Source of the DNA: Eledone cirrhosa
Taxonomy: Eukaryota
Direction of reading: 5' to 3'
Assembly (NCBI GenBank): GCA_964016885.1
Contig: OZ024741.1
Location: 184,760,001 to 184,824,000 of the forward strand
Length of the DNA: 64,000 nt
The translations under genes were made by a program, and so were the position numbers. Position 1 is the stretch's first letter, and every line of letters begins with the position of its first letter. Positions 55,939 to 64,000 of the stretch are shown one piece after another. Below the pieces are notes generated by a model that worked only from the letters and a program-made list of their open reading frames with translations, was not told the origin of the DNA and searched no databases.

Positions 55939-56060
55939 AAAATATTACAAATTGTCAGAGGAAATATACATACCTTCACATATACATGCCGTCCTCATTT
56001 CTGAGGACGGCATGTATATGTGATGGTATGTATATTTCCTCTGATAATTTGTAATATTTT
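55939..56060. repeat. ~59 bp-arm hairpin with a 4 nt loop
   Basis: AAAATATTACAAATTGTCAGAGG...CCGTCCTCA-TTTC-TGAGGACGG...CCTCTGATAATTTGTAATATTTT. Confidence 0.88.
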
Positions 56061-56179
56061 TACATAGATCTATCTGATATACATACCAACACATATATAC
56101 ATCCCAGAAACGATCGTAAAATTATGAATTTGTTAATATAAGGAACTTGTTCTTTGTTTTTATTTCATTGTTTTTATTA

Positions 56180-56224
<45 letters not shown>

Positions 56225-56531
56225 AAAATTTCGCTGTACATTGTTGAATACAATAAATGTAAACTGAGTTTTTAGAATATTAATAATAACATTCGATTTG
56301 TTTGCAATTTTGCAAACAAGACTCAATTTTATAGCCATGTCAGTAGAATGAACACTTCCTTCTTGCTCTTATTTGCTGATATGCAAATCTGGCTGATTAG
56401 TGGATCTGCTAATATGCAGAACTGACTGATCAGCCAGTTTGCTAATATGCAAATCAGGCCGATCAGTCACTGTGTATTTTTGAAAATAGCATATATTTTT
56501 ACTAGCTCTGACAGTTTGGCAGGTGAACAGT

Positions 56532-56581
56532 GAGCTGTACTGATGAAGGGTGACACCCAGAAACATTAGTGTCTGCAGTTC
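56532..56581 (+). ncRNA. Type I hammerhead ribozyme
   Basis: GAGCTGTA-CTGATGA-AGGGT GAC ACCCA-GAAA-CATTAGTG-TC-TGCAGTTC. Confidence 0.85.
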
Positions 56582-56697
56582 TGTTCGCATGCCAACACAA
56601 GAGCAAGAATGAAGTGTTCATTCTACTGATATGACTATCAAATTGAGGCTTGTTTGTAAAATTGCAAACGTATCGAATGTTATTATTAATATTTGAA

Positions 56698-56886
56698 AGG
56701 GCGGTGGATTGGCAGTATCGGTAGCGGGTCGGACGCCATGTTTTCCAGCATAGTTACGTCCCTTTACGGTCTGAGTTCAAATCCCGTCGAGGTTAACTTT
56801 GCCTTTCATCCTTACGGGGTCGATAAAATAAAGTACCAGTAATGTACAGGGTAATTGATGTCCTTGTGCCAAAAGTGGAAACATTT
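56698..56886 (+). mobile_element. tRNA-derived SINE, family A
   Basis: Family A sequence flanked by TTATTAATATT repeats. Confidence 0.9.
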
Positions 56887-56915
56887 ATTAATATTCGAAA
56901 AACTCAGATTACCTT

Positions 56916-56966
<51 letters not shown>

Positions 56967-57372
56967 TTAATTTTAGGTTTAATCAATACATATTAAATAT
57001 GCATAGATAATGTTTCTAAGTAAAAAGCTCAATAATCTTCTATTTAGAACATCAATAAAACAATAAAATCAATATAGATTTAATACATATATACATATAT
57101 TGCAAATGAAATTTTAGTTGTTATATATATATACAATAGGGAAATTCATACAAATAAAAGAGGGTGAGTCGTCTGCATAATGGTTAATATTTCTAAATTA
57201 CTCTACTTTTGTCGGCCCAAAATGAACTTACACAGTTTCTCCCCTTACACCTACTACTACTACCGGTCCATTCGAGGGCACAGTGCTAAATTTCACTTAT
57301 AAGTCATGGGGCAAGGGAGATGAAGCATTAGTCATCCCGATGCCATGTCTCAACCCGAACCGGTATCATACA

Positions 57373-57488
<116 letters not shown>

Positions 57489-57616
57489 AAAGTTCTATTT
57501 AAAATTGTTGGGATACAACAAGTAAATATTTTATAACTGATATAAAGCACTCGACAAGTTTTGGGAGTAGATATACGATATTAAATAAATGGAAACTATA
57601 TTTATAAAACCATATT

Positions 57617-57681
57617 TATTTCATTATACATATTTCAGGGATACCAAATTAAAATATGGTATGCCTTCATCAGACAAAATA
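57617..57681 (-). ncRNA. Type I hammerhead ribozyme (left arm)
   Basis: Reverse complement of 58063-58127. Confidence 0.75.
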
Positions 57682-58062
57682 CAATATATAAACAGTTTTA
57701 TAAATAATTTTGCGTACCCTATTAGATGCAACCATTATTTTTGGAAGCTGTCTGGATAGTGAGATGTTTATAATTATTTTATTAGTTATAGTGTTAAGCA
57801 CAGTTAGAAAAAGACGGAGAGAAAGAAAAAACGGAGAGACAGAGAAGGAGAGAGAAAAAGAAGGAGAGAGAGAAAAAGAAAACCTGGAGAAATATCGGAG
57901 AGAGAAATGTATGTAGAAAAGAAAGATGTCTTTTTCTAGCTGTGCTTAACACTATAACTAATAAAATAATTATAAACATCTTACTATCCAGACAGCTTCC
58001 AAAAATAATGGTTGCATCTTATAGGGTACGTCAAAATTATTTATAAAACTGTTTATATATTG

Positions 58063-58127
58063 TATTTTGTCTGATGAAGGCATACCATATTTTAATTTGG
58101 TATCCCTGAAATATGTATAATGAAATA
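58063..58127 (+). ncRNA. Type I hammerhead ribozyme (right arm)
   Basis: TATTTTGT-CTGATGA-AGG CATACCA..TGGTATC CCT-GAAA-TATGTA-TA-ATGAAATA. Confidence 0.75.
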
Positions 58128-58167
58128 AATATGGTTTTATAAATATAGTTTCCATTTATTTAATATC

Positions 58168-58232
<65 letters not shown>

Positions 58233-58299
58233 TGCGACAGGTTGTATTGTGTTACATGTTGCATACAAGTAGCACCCAAGAGCGACCTGGCTGGTGGTG

Positions 58300-59090
58300 T
58301 TGGTCTACTAGGTCTAAGAAGACGAAACACCAAAACTGGTCTGATAACATTTATGCTGTAATCACCATGCTCAATGAAGAGAAGAAAAATATGTGAGAAG
58401 TGCTTTGTTGCAGAGGGTCAAGTGCCGACAACGTTTTAGAAAGCCTTCAAAGATATAAAGTCAAAACTACAATGTCTAACTCGAAAGATAAAGACTAACT
58501 TTTCATTAGATGCAGTGAGATTATAACTGCAGAAGCCTTGAAGGCAATTCTTTGGCCACAGCCCTCAAAATTGGTACCATTGTTATGAAAAGAAGGGAAC
58601 GTCTTCTTTGAAGATCCAGCATCAATCATGATTGACCACTTTAAATATTTGTTTGATAACCAATCCGTTCTTAATAGGGAAATTATTAATGAACTGCCCT
58701 AAATGGAGACTGTGATAGAGATGAAGATTGAGCCAACCATTGATGAGATAAGGTCTATTATCAAAGAGATAAACATAGAGAAAACTCCAGCTTTGAATGG
58801 AATACCTATTGAGCTGACCCTGACAATGTTGTCATGGCCATTTGTGGACTAGTATTATCAGTATGGCATGGTGTGCCTCTCCCGCAAGACGTGGTACATG
58901 TAATTTTGTTGTCAATTTTCAAAGGCAAGGGCTCCAAATCTGAGCAGACATATTAGAATGCACTGAAGAAACACCCCATGTGGTAGAAGCAGAAGAGAGG
59001 CAGTTCAAGTGTCACATCTGTGACCGTACTTGCAGAATGAAAGCGGGTTTTGAAAGTCACCTGCGAACACATGGTGGCACTCTTCTAACA
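58300..59090 (+). mobile_element. Degenerate RTE (BovB-like) LINE pieces
   Basis: EPTIDEI...KTPALNGIPIEL, IFKGKGSKSE, then the C-terminal FKCHICDRTCRMKAGFESHLRTH zinc finger. Confidence 0.7.
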
Positions 59091-59472
59091 AGAAGTGTGC
59101 ATTCATCAGCATCGATCTCTACAATATAGAAATATCATTGATCCCGAAAACATTAAAATGAAAGTCAAGGTCGACAAGACTTGAACTCAGAAATAAAAGT
59201 CCGGAATAAAAAATCCAAAAGATTTTGACCGCCGCTGTTACGATTATAAATTATGTTTCGTAAATGTGTCTGTAAATTTATAAGCGTAGCAACAAATAAT
59301 TATACATGCATTTATGTATGTCTAGCTATTTAACTTTCTCTCTCTGCCTCTCTCTCTCTCTCCCCTCTACCCCCTCTCTCCTCTCTCTCTCTTTATATAT
59401 ATATATGTATATATATATACACATATACATATACATACATACAAACATACACACGCACATGCGCACACACGA

Positions 59473-59504
<32 letters not shown>

Positions 59505-61764
59505 ATATATTTATATATATATGTACGTGTGTCTATTTATTTATAATATAAATGCTTTGCAATTCGCTTAACTTTGTTCTGGGTGTGTACGTAAGATAAT
59601 ATTTAGTTTATCTGTCTGTCTTAGAAATTTATGTCATATGCAGACATGTCGGAATGAAGCCTTTTAGATTTGATTTCAGCTTTTATCTAAAATTGGATTT
59701 ATTCGTGTCTGACTTCCATTAGTAATAGTGCAACATATCCTTAACTGTTTTTATTCTTGGCTTTCTACATTCACAGCTGACAGAGATGATGTGGGGGTTG
59801 TTTAGCGCGTGTTCTGCCATAATCGAGCAGATCTGTGATCATCCGCACCTTCCGGTTGAACAGAATCACATAAAGTACCTTTAGTGGAATGTACACTATT
59901 CTGTTTTTACTGTTTGGTGAGGGATGGAAACGCAGTATCTGCGGCCTCGTTTAAAGCTATAACAATTATACACTTTCCTAGTTTGGTACCTTATTATTTT
60001 GATCCCGAAAGGATGAATGATAAAGTTGAATTTAACAGGATTTGGAGTTAGGTAGCCGAGATAATTTATGTAAACATTTTGTATAACCTCTCTAACAATT
60101 CACCGTCTAATGCCAGCATTCAGAACAGACCTCAGATCTGAGAACAACGCATACACTTCCGTTCTCATCAGTTTTGGAGACTTTTAAAACATGAAGAGCA
60201 ATTGAATTTCATGGATTTAAGAGCTTTATTTTCTGATTTGTTGAAAGTATATTGTGTAGCTATATTCGGGAAAAACATAGCTATCGAATATGAGGTGATG
60301 TAACTGGTGGGAATAAATATAAAATTCTTCTTAGATCGAAAATATGGTCCAAAGTATTGTAACAGAGAGATATTCAAATCACCAAGTAGTTGGTATTAAA
60401 CCGAGCGAGGGATTAGGTTGCACAGGAATAAGAATGTTTTTTTCCGACGGTTTTTTACACAATTCCACTCTGAAAATTTCGACTCCTATAGCAACGGTCG
60501 TCCCGAAGGTACGATTCAATGTCCTTTCATAATCGGATGCGTTGTGTCATCAAAAACCATAGCTACTAAGCGAATATCTTAATCGCATAGCCATTCTGCA
60601 GAGCAAAATGGTGAATGCATCTGTGTTGGGCGCCATTTCACGTAACCTCCGTGATAATTTACAGAATCTCTCGTTGTTTTGAAAGACGATATTATCTGAT
60701 TGTATGGAATTAGACAAAAAGATATTTCGTTCATTTGTAGAATGTACATTAAGTAATGTTATGCAACATCTATAAACAACAGAAATCAAAGACGTGGCTC
60801 ATTATGAGGTCATTTAACCCTCTAGAAATAGCAGGTAAATATGCTTGAAATCTCCGCCTACTCTAAGAAATTCGTTCACAGGAAACAACAAAACCTCTTA
60901 GATTTGAAGACTGATCGCATTCTTACGATAAACATTTATCAGTCGATTTTTCTTTAGGCCACGATTGTCAACGAAAGGAAGAATTTTGCCCCACTTCTCA
61001 TCTCTTGGAGCTTGTGAACACGGATTCTCAGACTTAAATAATATAAAAATGAAAAGAATTGAAATCTCTTTGAAAACGAAATAAGTGTGTGTTTGTTTCC
61101 AAACTCAGATTGCTAAAATTTAGCAACAGTTTCAGGGACACTAACGGTGTAAGTGATGATCACATTTTGTCTTATTGATCTTTAAATTTACTATGATTCC
61201 ATAATGTATATTTTATTGTAATAAATATATTTTATACGTAGACATATAACAAAAGAGAATTTCCTTGTCTAAATAAGTGATAAAATTAGATACATACATT
61301 ATCTAACCTCCATTGATATTATTAATAAATCATTGCAAAATATATCATCTTAACTATAACATCTTCCAATGCAAAAACATCTTTCACTACAATTCATAAT
61401 ATAAAGGCAAATTCAAAACAATGTTCGAAATACACCTAACTGCGATTGAACGAACAATAGACAGTATCCAATAAATTCATTTTTTTTCTTCTGAAAATCC
61501 TATTACATGTATGCACAGTTAAATCCTCTAACTCAATTAAATCATAGAGGTCTCACGGCGAAATTTTCAAAATGGGATTTTACATTACATTAATTCCTTT
61601 TAGAATTCAAATAGGAAATGTATCAGATTCCAGACGAAATTTTTTCTACAGTAAAATCAGTATCTCGATCTTCTGTTGAAGATGGAGATACCTATAACAC
61701 AATGTATGATAGTACTCAAACACACACTCCCACTTGTCTCTTTCGATCTTTCACCCACACATAC

Positions 61765-63488
<1,724 letters not shown>

Positions 63489-64000
63489 TACAAAACCTGT
63501 GGCTTCTGGAAGAATATTCATTACTCAAAGAAGATTCAATAATGATTACATATATATAGACGACGGGGCAAAGCATGCTGCTACGATCGTCTCTGGGTCA
63601 AAAACAAAAACACACTTTTTCATTTCTGTTTTTTTCTTTGCTTTTTTCCTTAAAGCATCTTGTAATGTGTTTACCATCATTCCTTTGGTATACATCTCTT
63701 AATGGGCATAGAGTTTGAAATGGGCATAGAGTTTGCAGAGATAAATCATTATTTAGCGATGTTTTTAATTAAACATACGGTATATTGTCAAATATACTAT
63801 ACATACATTCATGTATACATCGCTATTTCAGAGCACCAATCCTAATACCTACTTTTTACTGAACCGGCAATCGCTCTGTATAATCAGCACCTGATTATTT
63901 CTGGAATTCTATAAGAATCCAACTTCTATAATTTTCGGCTGAAGCAGGGAGTGCGTGGCTCTGTTGATCGCCAACCAGCGTAAAACAGACTGTCAGCTTC

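Larger units (their letters stand above)
56222..56919. mobile_element. Fold-back PLE relic with left tail, hammerhead, ~33 bp minisatellite and a SINE in the right arm
   Basis: Arms 56252-56370 / 56599-56919 (less the SINE); tail 56222-56251; (TA)n on both sides. Confidence 0.82.

Noticed and set aside
56375-56470. ~33 bp repeats as CRISPR-like
   Set aside because: Three degenerate tandem units without unique spacers, in eukaryotic repeat DNA
60130-61720. Low-repeat stretch as candidate host exons
   Set aside because: Short ORFs only, with no recognisable protein or convincing splice pattern; needs RNA-seq

Overview
This is AT-rich, microsatellite-saturated animal DNA. Its repeat content suggests a cephalopod, probably an octopus (inference). 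I cannot support any host gene. Almost all IYIY/HTHT/CVCV ORFs are translations of (TA)n, (CA)n, (GA)n and (TACA)n tracts. The window is mostly mobile elements: Penelope-like retroelements (PLEs) of about three types, a near full-length R4/Dong-type RLE LINE with relatives inserted in (CATA)n, RTE and Tx1/L1 fragments, a Tc1 transposase, two non-autonomous Helitrons, a hAT MITE, a solo LTR and many tRNA-SINEs. The main signal absent from the ORF track has two parts. First, there are about 13 complete type I hammerhead ribozyme folds plus 4 degenerate or partial ones, many with palindromic stem III and long stem II inserts. Second, about ten fold-back inserts (inverted arm, spacer, arm, one-sided tail) sit in (TA)n tracts and often carry those ribozymes. 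Three fold-back families occur twice with the same or nearly the same tail boundary. All folds and alignments were done by eye, so coordinates are approximate to a few bases.
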